This document shows positions 11,618 through 21,868 of a stretch of 64,000 nt of DNA, in pieces. The stretch lies in the NCBI GenBank assembly GCA_963668355.1, contig OY764265.1, positions 2,304,001 to 2,368,000 of the forward strand. Direction: 5' to 3'. The first letter of the stretch is position 1; each line of letters begins with the position of its first letter. The notes below the pieces were generated by a model, which had not been told where the DNA came from, made no database searches, and was given only the letters and a program-made list of their open reading frames with translations. The position numbers and the translations under genes were made by a program. Origin of the DNA: Bdellovibrionota bacterium. GTDB taxonomy: Bacteria; Bdellovibrionota_G; JALEGL01; DATDPG01.

Positions 11618-12676
11618 ATGTATGAGAATTGGAAAGATTTAATTCAGCCCCGTGGATTGGATATTGATACGGAATCGTTAACCCCATCCTATGGGAAGTT
11701 TGAAGCCAAACCTTTGGAACGAGGATTTGGGATAACCCTTGGTAACAGTCTTCGTCGGATTCTTCTTTCGTCGCTTCAAGGCGCGGCGGTGACGAATGTC
11801 AAAATTCAAGGTGTCCAACATGAGTTTTCGACCATCAAGGGTAGTTCTGAAGATGTGACAGAAATCATCTTAAACATCAAAGGTGTTTTGTTGCGATGTT
11901 ACTCACGAGGTCCAGAAACCATCTCAATCAACGCCCAAGGACCTTGTGAAATTAAGGCCAAAGACCTTGTGACCAATGAAAACGTTGAGATTCTTAATCC
12001 AGAGCATCACATTTGTAGTTTGAGTGAAGATGGAAAGCTCAATGCAGAGATGACGGTGAAAATGGGCAGTGGTTATGTCCCAGCAGAGCGGAACAAAGAA
12101 GAGGATCAGTCCATTGGAACGATTCCTGTGGACTCTGTGTTTTCACCGATCAAAAAAGTGAACTATGTTGTTTCTCAGGCTCGCGTGGGTCAACAGACCG
12201 ACTATGACAAGTTAACGCTGGAAATTTGGACGAATGGAAGCGTTAAACCTGAAGATGCGCTGGCGTACTCCGCTAAAATTTTGAAAGAACAAATTCAAAT
12301 CTTCATTAATTTTGATGAAACCGAAGAACCGGTTGAGGTTCCGACAGAGGTTGTCGAAAAAGAGGAAATGAATCGAATCAATGAGAACCTGTTGCGTAAA
12401 GTGGATGAATTGGAATTGTCCGTTCGTTCAGCCAACTGTTTGCAGAACGCAAACATCAAATACATTGGTGAGTTGGTTCAAAAGTCTGAGAATGAAATGC
12501 TCAAAACGAAAAATTTCGGTCGAAAATCATTGAATGAAATCAAGGAAATCTTGACCGAAATGGGTTTGGGTCTCGGAATGAAATTAGACGATTTAGCCCT
12601 TCGTGAGTTAGACGCTCGCAAAGGTGCAGGCGTTCCTGTGATGCAACCGCAGGGAGAAGAGTTAACACAGGGGTAA
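11618..12676 (+). CDS. rpoA: RNA polymerase alpha subunit
   Basis: [21 protein letters not shown]; alpha-[27 protein letters not shown] 11618 follows GGAGG. Confidence 0.99.
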   Translation: MYENWKDLIQPRGLDIDTESLTPSYGKFEAKPLERGFGITLGNSLRRILLSSLQGAAVTNVKIQGVQHEFSTIKGSSEDVTEIILNIKGVLLRCYSRGPETISINAQGPCEIKAKDLVTNENVEILNPEHHICSLSEDGKLNAEMTVKMGSGYVPAERNKEEDQSIGTIPVDSVFSPIKKVNYVVSQARVGQQTDYDKLTLEIWTNGSVKPEDALAYSAKILKEQIQIFINFDETEEPVEVPTEVVEKEEMNRINENLLRKVDELELSVRSANCLQNANIKYIGELVQKSENEMLKTKNFGRKSLNEIKEILTEMGLGLGMKLDDLALRELDARKGAGVPVMQPQGEELTQG

Positions 12677-12680
12677 AAAG

Positions 12681-13202
12681 ATGAGACATCGAATGGAAAC
12701 GTCGACGTTTGGTCGACGAGCAGATCAGAGAAAAGCCTTAATGAGAGGTTTGGCTACGTCGCTTTTAGATAAGGGGCGGATTGAAACCACTTTAGTTCGG
12801 GCCAAGGAACTCCGAAAAGTCGTGGAACCTCTGATTACACTCGGAAAAAGAGGGGACTTGCATGCACGCCGACAGGCAGCATCTTATCTCTATGGGAAGC
12901 AGGTCGTTTCCAAGCTTTTTGGCGAAGTGGCGCAGCAGTTTAAAGATCGCCCTGGTGGCTACACGCGCATATATCAGGTGGGACAGCGTCGAGGCGACGG
13001 CGCAAAAATGGCTTTGATCGAACTGATTTCAGAAGAAAAAGCCAAAAAATCTTCGGCGAAAAAGTCTTCGAAGAAAAAGGCCGAGGGCAAAGAAAAAGCT
13101 CCCAAAAAAGAAGCCAAAAAGGCGGAGCCCAAAAAAGTTACGTCTTCAACCAAAAAGGCTGCCAAGAAAACAACAAAAAAAAGCACGAAGTCTGAAAAAT
13201 AA
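12681..13202 (+). CDS. rplQ: 50S ribosomal protein L17 with Lys-rich C-terminal extension
   Basis: RPGGYTRI and [13 protein letters not shown] motifs, then about 55 aa K/A/S/T-rich tail. Confidence 0.98.
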   Translation: MRHRMETSTFGRRADQRKALMRGLATSLLDKGRIETTLVRAKELRKVVEPLITLGKRGDLHARRQAASYLYGKQVVSKLFGEVAQQFKDRPGGYTRIYQVGQRRGDGAKMALIELISEEKAKKSSAKKSSKKKAEGKEKAPKKEAKKAEPKKVTSSTKKAAKKTTKKSTKSEK

Positions 13203-13206
13203 GACC

Positions 13207-13734
13207 TTGAAACTTTTTATAACGTTTTTTCTTTTTGTCGCTTTGGGCGTCGCAAATGTAAGTGCGGCATGCGAGGGGGCTGTAGGAATGGATGTTGGAA
13301 ACTGCGCTCCTGAATTTGTTCTCACGAAAAAAGATGGGAACCGCGTTCGCTTAGGCGAATTTTTGGGAAAGAAAGTCGTGTTTCTCCATTTTTGGGCAAC
13401 ATGGTGTCCGCCTTGCGAGGAAGAAATGCCCTCGATGGAAGCTCTTCACAAATCGGTTTCCGCTAAAAATTTTCAAATGTTTGTCGTGAGTATCGATGAG
13501 GATGGCTGGACCTCTGTCGATCCTTTTATCAAAAAAATGTTTATGGGAGAGGAGCCGAGTTTTTCGGTGTTTGTTGACCCCAAGAAGAAAGTGGCTTCGA
13601 AATATGGGACGTTCAAGGTTCCTGAAACGTTCGTCATTGATAAAACAGGGCGAATCGTAGATAAAATTCAGGGGACCAAAGAATGGCAAGATCCCATGAT
13701 CCACCATTATTTGGAACTTCTTGGGAGACAATGA
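13207..13734 (+). CDS. TlpA/ResA-family exported thiol-disulfide oxidoreductase
   Basis: Signal peptide; FWATWCPPCEEEMP; VPETFVID. Confidence 0.9.
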   Translation: MKLFITFFLFVALGVANVSAACEGAVGMDVGNCAPEFVLTKKDGNRVRLGEFLGKKVVFLHFWATWCPPCEEEMPSMEALHKSVSAKNFQMFVVSIDEDGWTSVDPFIKKMFMGEEPSFSVFVDPKKKVASKYGTFKVPETFVIDKTGRIVDKIQGTKEWQDPMIHHYLELLGRQ

Positions 13735-13745
13735 TAGGCCCAAAA

Positions 13746-13773
13746 ACTTGGCCCTGCTATGCGTCGGCCAAGT
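13746..13773 (+). terminator. Hairpin after the ribosomal operon/TlpA gene; possible weak terminator
   Basis: ACTTGGCC-N12-GGCCAAGT perfect 8-bp stem; no clean U tract. Confidence 0.3.
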
Positions 13774-13856
13774 AAATTTGTAGTTTCTTGCCCAGCCTAG
13801 ATCCTCTCACTTCCACGGTTGCCATAACAATTCTGACGTAATATGAACTGAATTCA

Positions 13857-14630
13857 ATGATTGTTACGCTCACCACTGATTTTGGGACAAAGGATGCGTA
13901 TGTTGCTTCGATGAAAGGTGTTATCTGTTCCATTGCCTCGCAGGCTAAGATTGTAGATATTTCTCATGAGATTCCGCCTCAAGATATATTGAAGGGCTCC
14001 TTGGTTTTGGAGGATTGTTTTGGGAGATTCCCCAAAGGAACGGTTCACGTGGCTGTGATTGATCCTGGTGTTGGAACTTCTCGAAAAGCTCTGATTGTAG
14101 AAGGTGGGGGGCATGTGTTTGTGGGGCCCGACAATGGGCTTTTCTCCTTTGCACGTCACTTGGAGGGGTTTCGAACGTGGAAAATTCGAGAAGATACGTG
14201 GCAGGGGTCTCGCAGTGCGACGTTTGATGGACGAGATCTTTTTGCTCCAATTGGAGCTAAAATTGCGAATGGAACCTCTCTCTCTGAGGTGGCTACGCGC
14301 CTAACCAAGATGGTGTTTTTGAACATGGCGACACCAAGCTATGGGGAACAGGAAAGCGTTGGAGAGGTGGTCGATATTGATCGTTTTGGAAATCTGGTTT
14401 CCAATCTGTTTGTTTCCAATTTGACAGGTGGGGCGGTGTCGGTTGATCTGGAAGGAAAAGAAATTGGATCCATTCAACGGACGTATAATGATGTTCCTCG
14501 AATGAATTTGTTGGCTCTTGAAAACAGCATGGGTCGTTTGGAAATCGCAGTGAGTCAAGGCTCGGCTCAGGAAGTTTTGAAGGCGAGTCGGGGAATGAAA
14601 GTTCGAGTAAGAAAGGTAGGCAATTCATGA
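13857..14630 (+). CDS. SAM hydrolase / SAM-dependent halogenase family protein (DUF62)
   Basis: LTTDFG, VIDPGVGTSR, GPDNG, TFDGRDLFAP and IDRFGN motifs. Confidence 0.92.
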   Translation: MIVTLTTDFGTKDAYVASMKGVICSIASQAKIVDISHEIPPQDILKGSLVLEDCFGRFPKGTVHVAVIDPGVGTSRKALIVEGGGHVFVGPDNGLFSFARHLEGFRTWKIREDTWQGSRSATFDGRDLFAPIGAKIANGTSLSEVATRLTKMVFLNMATPSYGEQESVGEVVDIDRFGNLVSNLFVSNLTGGAVSVDLEGKEIGSIQRTYNDVPRMNLLALENSMGRLEIAVSQGSAQEVLKASRGMKVRVRKVGNS

Positions 14631-15553
14631 AACGCGTTTTTCTCTTTCCGGGACAAGGATCCCAGGTTGTGGGTATGGGTAAACAGGTGTTTGACCACTT
14701 TGATTTGGCCCAAAAAACGTTAAAAGAGGCCGATGAGGCCTTGGGAGAATCTCTTTCCCGAATGATTTTGGAAGGTCCCGAAGACGTTTTGAAGGAAACG
14801 GCCAATGCGCAACCTGCCATTTTGACGGTCAGTGTCGCTGTAGGCCGGGTCTTGTTTGAACACGGGATCAAACCGGAGGTCATGGCGGGACATAGCCTGG
14901 GTGAATATTCCGCTCTGGTGATGGCAAGTGCGTTACGCTTTGAAGATGCGGTTCGTTTGGTGCGGGCGCGGGGAAAGTTTATGCAAGAGGCGGTTCCTCT
15001 GGGCGTTGGAACGATGAGCGCCATTCTTGGGAGTGACCCAGAAGTGATTGAAGAAGTTTGTCGTGAGGTAACAGCTCAAGGAAAATTGGTGGAACCGGCC
15101 AATTACAATTGTCCGGGGCAATTGGTTATCAGTGGAACGATTGAAGGCGTTGCCCTAGCCTCGGAAGAACTTAAGGAAAAAGGTGTAAAACGAATCGTGC
15201 CGTTGAATGTCAGTGCGCCGTTTCATTGTTCGATGCTTGCTTCTGCGGCTGAAAAATTGAATAACGAGATGGAAAACGTGAAGTTCAATCATCCGGATAT
15301 TCCGTACGTCGCAAACGTGGATGCTCAAGTTGTGCGAACCAAAGAGGTCATTCGAGAGAAACTGGTGACGCAAGTGGCTAAACCGGTTCGCTGGAACCAA
15401 TCCTTGAACCGAATCCTCGAAGAGTTCCAACCGAACGAGATGGTTGAGGTGGGCTCTGGACAGGTGGTTTGTGGACATATGAAGAAGATTTCTCGAGAGC
15501 TTCCTAGGAAGCACACGGATACGTTTGAAGCCATTCAAGAATTGTTCGTGTAA
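14627..15553 (+). CDS. fabD: Malonyl-CoA:ACP transacylase
   Basis: FPGQGSQ, GHSLGEY and VSAPFH motifs. Confidence 0.96.
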   Translation: MKRVFLFPGQGSQVVGMGKQVFDHFDLAQKTLKEADEALGESLSRMILEGPEDVLKETANAQPAILTVSVAVGRVLFEHGIKPEVMAGHSLGEYSALVMASALRFEDAVRLVRARGKFMQEAVPLGVGTMSAILGSDPEVIEEVCREVTAQGKLVEPANYNCPGQLVISGTIEGVALASEELKEKGVKRIVPLNVSAPFHCSMLASAAEKLNNEMENVKFNHPDIPYVANVDAQVVRTKEVIREKLVTQVAKPVRWNQSLNRILEEFQPNEMVEVGSGQVVCGHMKKISRELPRKHTDTFEAIQELFV

Positions 15554-15742
15554 AGATCCGCTTGTCAAAAAGATTTAGGAAGATTGAATCTTTACAACCC
15601 TTAGAGTATTGTTAAGTTAAGGTTGACAGTTTGTGTAGTGGTCGACATCAGTAAAAACTTGCGTTTAGCATGATTGCGTCCCAAAAATGGGGCGGAAGGG
15701 TCAGAACATATTCCTTTGGGGGCAAGGGAGGAAAGGAGCTTC

Positions 15743-16948
15743 ATGAATGACTTCGAAAGGAAGTCGGATGAGCAGTACAATGCCGTTCTGCGGGATGAAC
15801 AGGAACTGCAATCCAAGAAATTAGAGGAGATCGGTCAAGTCGCCGCGGCCATTGCCCATGATTTCAACAACCTTCTTTCCATTATTTTAAGCTTCTCTTC
15901 CTTCATCGCAGATGATGTACCGAAAAATTCGGCGACCTATGAGGATATTCATGAAATCAAGAAAGCAGCCGAAAGAGGGGCCGCTCTCACGCGCCAATTG
16001 CTGATCTTTAGCCGGAAAGAAGTGGTCAAACCTTCGGTCTTGAATCCCGAAGAGGTCTTGACGGGAATTGATCGACTGATTCGCAGTTCGATGCGGGAGA
16101 ATGTGGAATTCCTCATGAAGTTTCAATCGACGCCTTGGAATATTGAAGTAGACCCGGGGCAGTTTGAAATGGTGATCATGAATTTAGCCTTGAATGCGAG
16201 AGATGCTATGCCCAAAGGGGGGCGGTTTGTGGTCAAGGTTGAGAATATTTCGGTGGATGAAACCTTTGTGGGATCTAAATACGTCATGGAATCGGGAAAT
16301 TATGTGTTGCTTGAGTTCAGTGACACAGGTTGTGGCATGTCCAAAGAAGTGAGCCAACACGTTTTTGACCCTTTTTTCACGACCAAACCCAAGGGGAAGG
16401 GAACCGGGTTGGGACTGTCGACCGTGTACGGAATTGTCAAGCGTGCTCATGGGTACATAAAAGTGTATTCGGAGGAGAATGTAGGGACGACCTTCAAAAT
16501 TTATCTACCCGCAGTGGATCAAAGTCCCGCGAAAAGTTCTTCGGAAGAGGTTTCGGTTCGGGAAGGAAAAGGGAAAGAGACCATCCTGGTCGTGGAGGAT
16601 GAAACGCCCATTCGGCAGGCCATTCGAAGGGTCTTGGAAAAGAGGGGCTACAAAGTGTTGGAAGCCAAGAACGGCGTTCATGCTCTTTCGGTGACCAAAA
16701 ACTACTCTGAGAAAATCCACCTTTTGATTACCGACGTGATTATGCCTGAACTTTCCGGTCGAGACTTGGCGGAACGACTCTTGAAAGAAAGACCCGATAT
16801 GAACGTTCTCTATATTTCTGGGTACGATGGACATGTCATCGACTTCCATGGGTTTTTATATCAAGGGGCTTTGTTGCTCCAGAAACCCTTCACTCGTTCT
16901 GTATTGCTAGAAAAAGTAAAACAAGCCATCACAAGATCCGTTAACTAG
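15743..16948 (+). CDS. Hybrid histidine kinase (HisKA-HATPase-REC, CckA-like) with no sensor domain
   Basis: AHDFNNLL H-box, NARDAM, DTGCGM, FFTTK, GTGLGL; C-terminal REC; ATG 15743 follows AAGGAG. Confidence 0.88.
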   Translation: MNDFERKSDEQYNAVLRDEQELQSKKLEEIGQVAAAIAHDFNNLLSIILSFSSFIADDVPKNSATYEDIHEIKKAAERGAALTRQLLIFSRKEVVKPSVLNPEEVLTGIDRLIRSSMRENVEFLMKFQSTPWNIEVDPGQFEMVIMNLALNARDAMPKGGRFVVKVENISVDETFVGSKYVMESGNYVLLEFSDTGCGMSKEVSQHVFDPFFTTKPKGKGTGLGLSTVYGIVKRAHGYIKVYSEENVGTTFKIYLPAVDQSPAKSSSEEVSVREGKGKETILVVEDETPIRQAIRRVLEKRGYKVLEAKNGVHALSVTKNYSEKIHLLITDVIMPELSGRDLAERLLKERPDMNVLYISGYDGHVIDFHGFLYQGALLLQKPFTRSVLLEKVKQAITRSVN

Positions 16949-16952
16949 AGCT

Positions 16953-17420
16953 TTAAAGGGTTTTGGAAGGGGAGATCGTGTAGTTGGAATGTAAATCCTC
17001 AATGATCCCTCGGAGCTGTCCCTCTTGGTTGATCATCAATTCCCCGCGCCAACGGTCACTTCCAGTTCGGTTTGCAATCACCGTAAATCCCACTTCATCT
17101 GCACTTTCCACGCGATACACAAATGGACAGCTCCGACATGTTTGAAAACTTGCTTCCTGAATTTCTTTTCCCACCAAACCCTCTTTGGATAAAACCTGAA
17201 GGTTCGAACAAAATTGTTTGTTTTTTAACCAATAGATGCGTTGGGCTGCCCAAATGGTTTCCAAGTGGGCCGCAGCCAAATCCACCCGAGAAATTTCGAA
17301 AGTTCGTTGAAAACCCGGAATAACATATGAGGCGAAAATGGCGATCAATGTCACCACAACTGACAGTTCGACAAGTGTCCAACCTTTGTTTTTTTGGCTT
17401 TTGGGATGAAGCATTCTCAT
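16953..17420 (-). CDS. Type IV pilin-like protein
   Basis: Class III signal KG|WTLVEL followed by a hydrophobic helix; last gene of the pilus operon. Confidence 0.85.
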   Translation of the reverse strand: MRMLHPKSQKNKGWTLVELSVVVTLIAIFASYVIPGFQRTFEISRVDLAAAHLETIWAAQRIYWLKNKQFCSNLQVLSKEGLVGKEIQEASFQTCRSCPFVYRVESADEVGFTVIANRTGSDRWRGELMINQEGQLRGIIEDLHSNYTISPSKTL

Positions 17421-18508
17421 GCTCCTCCGCCTGCGGAGAGTTGAAACATGGGCAAATAAACGGAACCGAGAAGCCCCGCAACGGCCACACCCATAAATAT
17501 GACGATGATGGGTTCCAAGGCTCCTGTGACGGAAAGAAGCTTTCCCTCCACCTTCGATCCGTAGAAATCAGAAAGTTCGGCTAGGACGTCAGGTAAGTTT
17601 CCAGATTCTTCGCCAATGCGGACCATATTGGTGACCATCGGCGTGAAGAGGTACGTGTCCCCCAAGGAGTCCGAAAGGCCTCCTCCTGCGGCGACGCTTT
17701 TGGAAACCTCTCCGAACGTTTCATAGTAGATAAAATTGGATATAAACATTTCCTGGACCGTTGTGAGAGCTTCCATGAGGGGAGTACCGCTTTTTAGAAG
17801 GAGGCCTAGGTTTCCAGCAAATTTTTCCATGGTGATGAGAACCATCAGTTCCCCAACCCCCGGAATCATCATGATGAATTGACTGAACACCTTTCGCCCT
17901 TTTTCGGTGGAGATGTATTTCTTAATTAAGAAGGAAAGAATTATCAAAGAAAGGAGAATGTATGGTCCCTTGGACTGTACAAAGTCAGAAAAGGCCAGAA
18001 CATATTGCGTTATTTTGGGAAGCTCTCCACCCATATCATCAAAAAAGCCAGCGAAGGTGGGAATGACTTTCCACAACATAATGGTGACGGAGCTAACGGC
18101 TACGCCTAGTAGAATGACGGGATAGGTTAGGGCGGAGACGATTTTTCCCCGCATTTCTTTTTGCTTCTCAAGATGGAATCGGAGCTGCGTCAGGATAGAA
18201 CCCAACTGCCCTGTCAACTCTCCAACACGGATCATCTGCACCCAATGGCTTTTGAAAACCTTGGGATACTGCTCAGCTACTGCATACAACGACTGCCCTG
18301 CCGCAACACCTGCCGCAAGCTCCGACCCAATCTTTGAGAGCTTCACGCTTTCGTTTTGATCTCCAGCGAGAAGCAAAGCTTGTAGAATTGGCGTGCCCGA
18401 ATTCACGAGGGTCGCCAATTGTTGAAAAAACATGATCATGTCATCCGTTTTAATTCCTGGATGACGTTTAAGTTTCATGCGTACACGATATTTAGGACCC
18501 CGGGCCAT
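17417..18508 (-). CDS. pilC: PilC/GspF-family platform protein
   Basis: FFQQLATLVNSG, GELTGQL, ALTYP, GEESGNL, LEPIII and YLPMF motifs. Confidence 0.92.
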   Translation of the reverse strand: MARGPKYRVRMKLKRHPGIKTDDMIMFFQQLATLVNSGTPILQALLLAGDQNESVKLSKIGSELAAGVAAGQSLYAVAEQYPKVFKSHWVQMIRVGELTGQLGSILTQLRFHLEKQKEMRGKIVSALTYPVILLGVAVSSVTIMLWKVIPTFAGFFDDMGGELPKITQYVLAFSDFVQSKGPYILLSLIILSFLIKKYISTEKGRKVFSQFIMMIPGVGELMVLITMEKFAGNLGLLLKSGTPLMEALTTVQEMFISNFIYYETFGEVSKSVAAGGGLSDSLGDTYLFTPMVTNMVRIGEESGNLPDVLAELSDFYGSKVEGKLLSVTGALEPIIVIFMGVAVAGLLGSVYLPMFQLSAGGGA

Positions 18509-20247
18509 TATTCTCCTCCTCCCATCAAGGAGATGAGTTCCTCAAGAGAGGTAATGCCCTCAAGAACCTTTTCCTTCGCTCCGGAAGCTAAGGAAAGCAT
18601 GCCTTGTTTTTCGGCTTCTTCTTTTAATTCAGGAATGGGGGCATTTTCCTGAATCATGTCTCGAAGTCCTGGGGTGTTAAACACGACTTCGAAGACACCT
18701 ACTCGTCCTTTGTAGCCCAAGTCTTTGCATTTTGGACACCCTTTGGCTCGATACAATGTTTGCCCTTGTTCGAGAGAAAATCGTTCAGCAGTTTCGGCAT
18801 CAACTTCGAAAGGTTCTTTGCAATCGGGACATAAACGACGAATGAGACGTTGCGCCTCGGCTAGACGAAGAACGGAAGCGATGACGAAGGGTTCGACCCC
18901 CATATCTTTTAAACGAGCGATGGAAGAAAGGGCGTCGTTCGTATGAAGGGTAGATAAGACCAAGTGGCCGGTTAATGCGGCTTTCATGCAAATTTGAGCC
19001 GTTTCATTGTCCCTAACTTCCCCCACCAAAATGATGTCGGGATCTTGTCGTAAAAAAGCCCGAAGGCCGGAGGCAAATGTGAGTCCGACATTGGCTCGGA
19101 CTTGGACTTGGTTGAGTCCCTCGACTTTGTATTCGACCGGATCTTCAATCGTTGAAATGTTGGTCTTGGGAGACTTTAGGAGATTCATGAGAGCATACAG
19201 GGTTGTGCTTTTTCCACTTCCTGTGGGTCCCGTGACCAAAATTAATCCGTTATGGTTGGAGGCCCCCTTCATGAAATCTTTGTATTGGCGCTCTGAAAAT
19301 CCCAACTCTTTCAGCTCAATATTGATGGCATCTTTTCGAAGAAGTCGCATGACGACTTTCTCGCCCCAGACCACGGGAACGGTGGAAACCCGCATATCAA
19401 TTTCTTGACCATTGTAACGGAGGGTAAAGGCTCCATCTTGCGGAATTCGTTTTTCAGCAATATCCATTTTACTCAAAATCTTGATTCTGGAAATTACGGA
19501 CATGAACATGGTTCGAGGAGGTGGTGTGATTTCATTCAAACGTCCGTCAATTCGAAATCGGATTTTGCACGTGTTTTGGAAGGGCTCCATATGAATATCT
19601 GAGGCTCCTTCGTCTACAGAGTCTTTTAAGATGTGATTCACAATCCGAAGGACCTGCGTATCTTTTCCCTCAGGTATGATTTTGTTTAGGTCCACCACTT
19701 CACTTTTTTCTTTTTCCTCTTCATCTTCATCATCTTCACCGTCTTCATGGGGCCCACTTCCTTCGGAAGAAATTTCAGCAACCACATCTCGACTTCCATA
19801 AAGTTCGTCCAGGATTTGATCAATGTCTGTTGCGACGCCAACATGAATTTGAAGGTTCTTGGATTGATAGAGGTGAAGCTCTTGAAGAGTGGGAATGTCA
19901 GAGGGATCAACGAGGGCGATGTTTAAAGTGTTTTCTTCAGAAGAGAGGGGAAGGACGTGTTGGTCCCGCAAGAGCTTTTCTGGAAATAGAGATCGTATCT
20001 CTTCGACCTTACTCAAATCAATTTCGTCACGTTTTAAAAGAGGCATCTCATAGTACTCTGAGTATAATTCCGCAATGATTTGTGCGTCCACCACTCCCGA
20101 TTGAATGGCCGCCATTTCAATGGTGAGATTTTGGCCCGATTGCAGTTGATATATTTTTTCCAAATCCTTCTCTTCAACCTTTTGGTTTTCTAAAAGAAGG
20201 TCGACGAGAACGGGCCTGGCTTTATCTTTGGCGGGTCGTGCCTGCAA
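18508..20247 (-). CDS. pilB: PilB/GspE-family assembly ATPase
   Basis: ASDIHMEP, GPTGSGKS, IEDPVEY, LRQDPDIILVGEVRD, STLHTN; CxxC..CxxC. Confidence 0.94.
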   Translation of the reverse strand: MQARPAKDKARPVLVDLLLENQKVEEKDLEKIYQLQSGQNLTIEMAAIQSGVVDAQIIAELYSEYYEMPLLKRDEIDLSKVEEIRSLFPEKLLRDQHVLPLSSEENTLNIALVDPSDIPTLQELHLYQSKNLQIHVGVATDIDQILDELYGSRDVVAEISSEGSGPHEDGEDDEDEEEKEKSEVVDLNKIIPEGKDTQVLRIVNHILKDSVDEGASDIHMEPFQNTCKIRFRIDGRLNEITPPPRTMFMSVISRIKILSKMDIAEKRIPQDGAFTLRYNGQEIDMRVSTVPVVWGEKVVMRLLRKDAINIELKELGFSERQYKDFMKGASNHNGLILVTGPTGSGKSTTLYALMNLLKSPKTNISTIEDPVEYKVEGLNQVQVRANVGLTFASGLRAFLRQDPDIILVGEVRDNETAQICMKAALTGHLVLSTLHTNDALSSIARLKDMGVEPFVIASVLRLAEAQRLIRRLCPDCKEPFEVDAETAERFSLEQGQTLYRAKGCPKCKDLGYKGRVGVFEVVFNTPGLRDMIQENAPIPELKEEAEKQGMLSLASGAKEKVLEGITSLEELISLMGGGE

Positions 20248-21865
20248 AATGGCCTCCTTTCTGTTTTCCCATATTGCCGAGGGTAATGACGCGAGGGGTG
20301 ATGAAGATCGTGACTTCGCTCAAATTCTTGGCTTTTTCTTTGCTCGTAAATAGGAGGCCAATGATGGGAATATGTCCCAATACCGGGACTTTTCGGGTGG
20401 TTTCGGATTCATTTTCAGAGACCAGGCCTCCAATCAGGACGGTGTCATTGTTTTGTACGGTAACCGAGGTGTTTACGGCACGGCTATGGGCATCTACGAA
20501 CTGGTCTGGAAAGAATTCCGAACTTTTCGGACGACTGATGGAGGCGTTGATGAGAAGGGTGACTAATTCGTCTGCATTGACTTGGGGGGTTACATCCAGA
20601 GATATTCCTGTGGGTTGTCGTTCGGCCGTGGCAACCAGAAGACCGTTCTGCGCGATGAGGGAGGCGCTTTCGACACCCACGGCTGTATCCGCCAGAATGG
20701 CAATTTGTGCCGGTCGGTTATTGAGTGTGACGATGCTTGGTTTTGCCAGAAATCTTCCCTTTCCTTCCACTTCAATCGCTCGCAATACGCCTTTAAATTC
20801 TTGCATGCTCAAAACCCCATAGCTGATTCCGGAAAGAGGGTCGTTTCCAAACTCCCCGATACTGGAGACGCTGGCTCCGGCGAGTTCGGCAGCACCTGGG
20901 AAAACACCTCCCCCAAGTGGCCCTTGAATCACACGAGATGGTCCTGTAACACTGGCGAGGGCCCCATCGGGTCCTCCCCAATCGATTCCCCGTTTCGAGT
21001 TGTCACTATTGTCTGACTCCACAATCTTCACATCGATCAAAATTTGGGGAGGCAATACATCGAGTTTTCGAATGGCCTTGGAAATTCTTGGAAAACGCTC
21101 GGGAACATCCGTTACAACCAGACTATTGGTAAAAGAGTCCACTTGAAGGCTTCCGTTAGCCGAAAGCATACTATTCACAATGGAAACAACTCCGGACGTG
21201 TTTCCGGCACCATCTCCTTTTTTGGAATCACCCGAGCTGCTACTGGAACTGCTTTTAAACGTAAATCCCGAACTTTTGCCACCCTTTTCGTCCTTCCCAC
21301 TTCGGGCGAGCTGAATGTATTTCAATTGAAAGACTTTCGTCGTGACCCGAGGGGAGGAGTCTTTTCGTTCCTTGACGACGTAAACATTGCTCTCGCCGAC
21401 TTGTTCGTAGACGAGGCCGTTAGCCGCTAAGAGCCCTTCCAGGGCCTCCTCTACGGTGACCTCTTTCATGAATGCCGTAAGTTTGATGTGACCGATGTTG
21501 CCACTTGTAATAAAGTTCAACTTGGTTTGTGCGGTTACGGCTCGAAGAACGCTATCCAAAGGTAAATTCTTAAGGTTGAGCGTAATGCGTTTTTCAACCT
21601 CCCGAGGCGTGGGGATAGGTGTGGGCGTGGGTTGAAATGAAGAAAACTTCGGTCTTTGAATTTGTTGTTTTTCTTGAAGATTTTTGCGTTTCTTTCGTAC
21701 CCATTTTCGACCATTTTTGTAGATGACATTGGGTCGGTTGGGTCGCTTCCATTCCCCACTTTTTTCATCTTGAACCTCAATGGTCGAAGGATCAATGGGG
21801 GAGTTCGGTAATGCCTTTGAGGGGAAAAGACAAATCAGGGGGAGAATGAAGATCCATCGTTTCAT
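20222..21865 (-). CDS. Secretin (PilQ/GspD family)
   Basis: Signal peptide, N0/N3-like region, C-terminal KVPVLGHIPIIGLLF..IFITPRVI. Confidence 0.92.
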   Translation of the reverse strand: MKRWIFILPLICLFPSKALPNSPIDPSTIEVQDEKSGEWKRPNRPNVIYKNGRKWVRKKRKNLQEKQQIQRPKFSSFQPTPTPIPTPREVEKRITLNLKNLPLDSVLRAVTAQTKLNFITSGNIGHIKLTAFMKEVTVEEALEGLLAANGLVYEQVGESNVYVVKERKDSSPRVTTKVFQLKYIQLARSGKDEKGGKSSGFTFKSSSSSSSGDSKKGDGAGNTSGVVSIVNSMLSANGSLQVDSFTNSLVVTDVPERFPRISKAIRKLDVLPPQILIDVKIVESDNSDNSKRGIDWGGPDGALASVTGPSRVIQGPLGGGVFPGAAELAGASVSSIGEFGNDPLSGISYGVLSMQEFKGVLRAIEVEGKGRFLAKPSIVTLNNRPAQIAILADTAVGVESASLIAQNGLLVATAERQPTGISLDVTPQVNADELVTLLINASISRPKSSEFFPDQFVDAHSRAVNTSVTVQNNDTVLIGGLVSENESETTRKVPVLGHIPIIGLLFTSKEKAKNLSEVTIFITPRVITLGNMGKQKGGHFAGTTRQR

Positions 21866-21868
21866 GTT

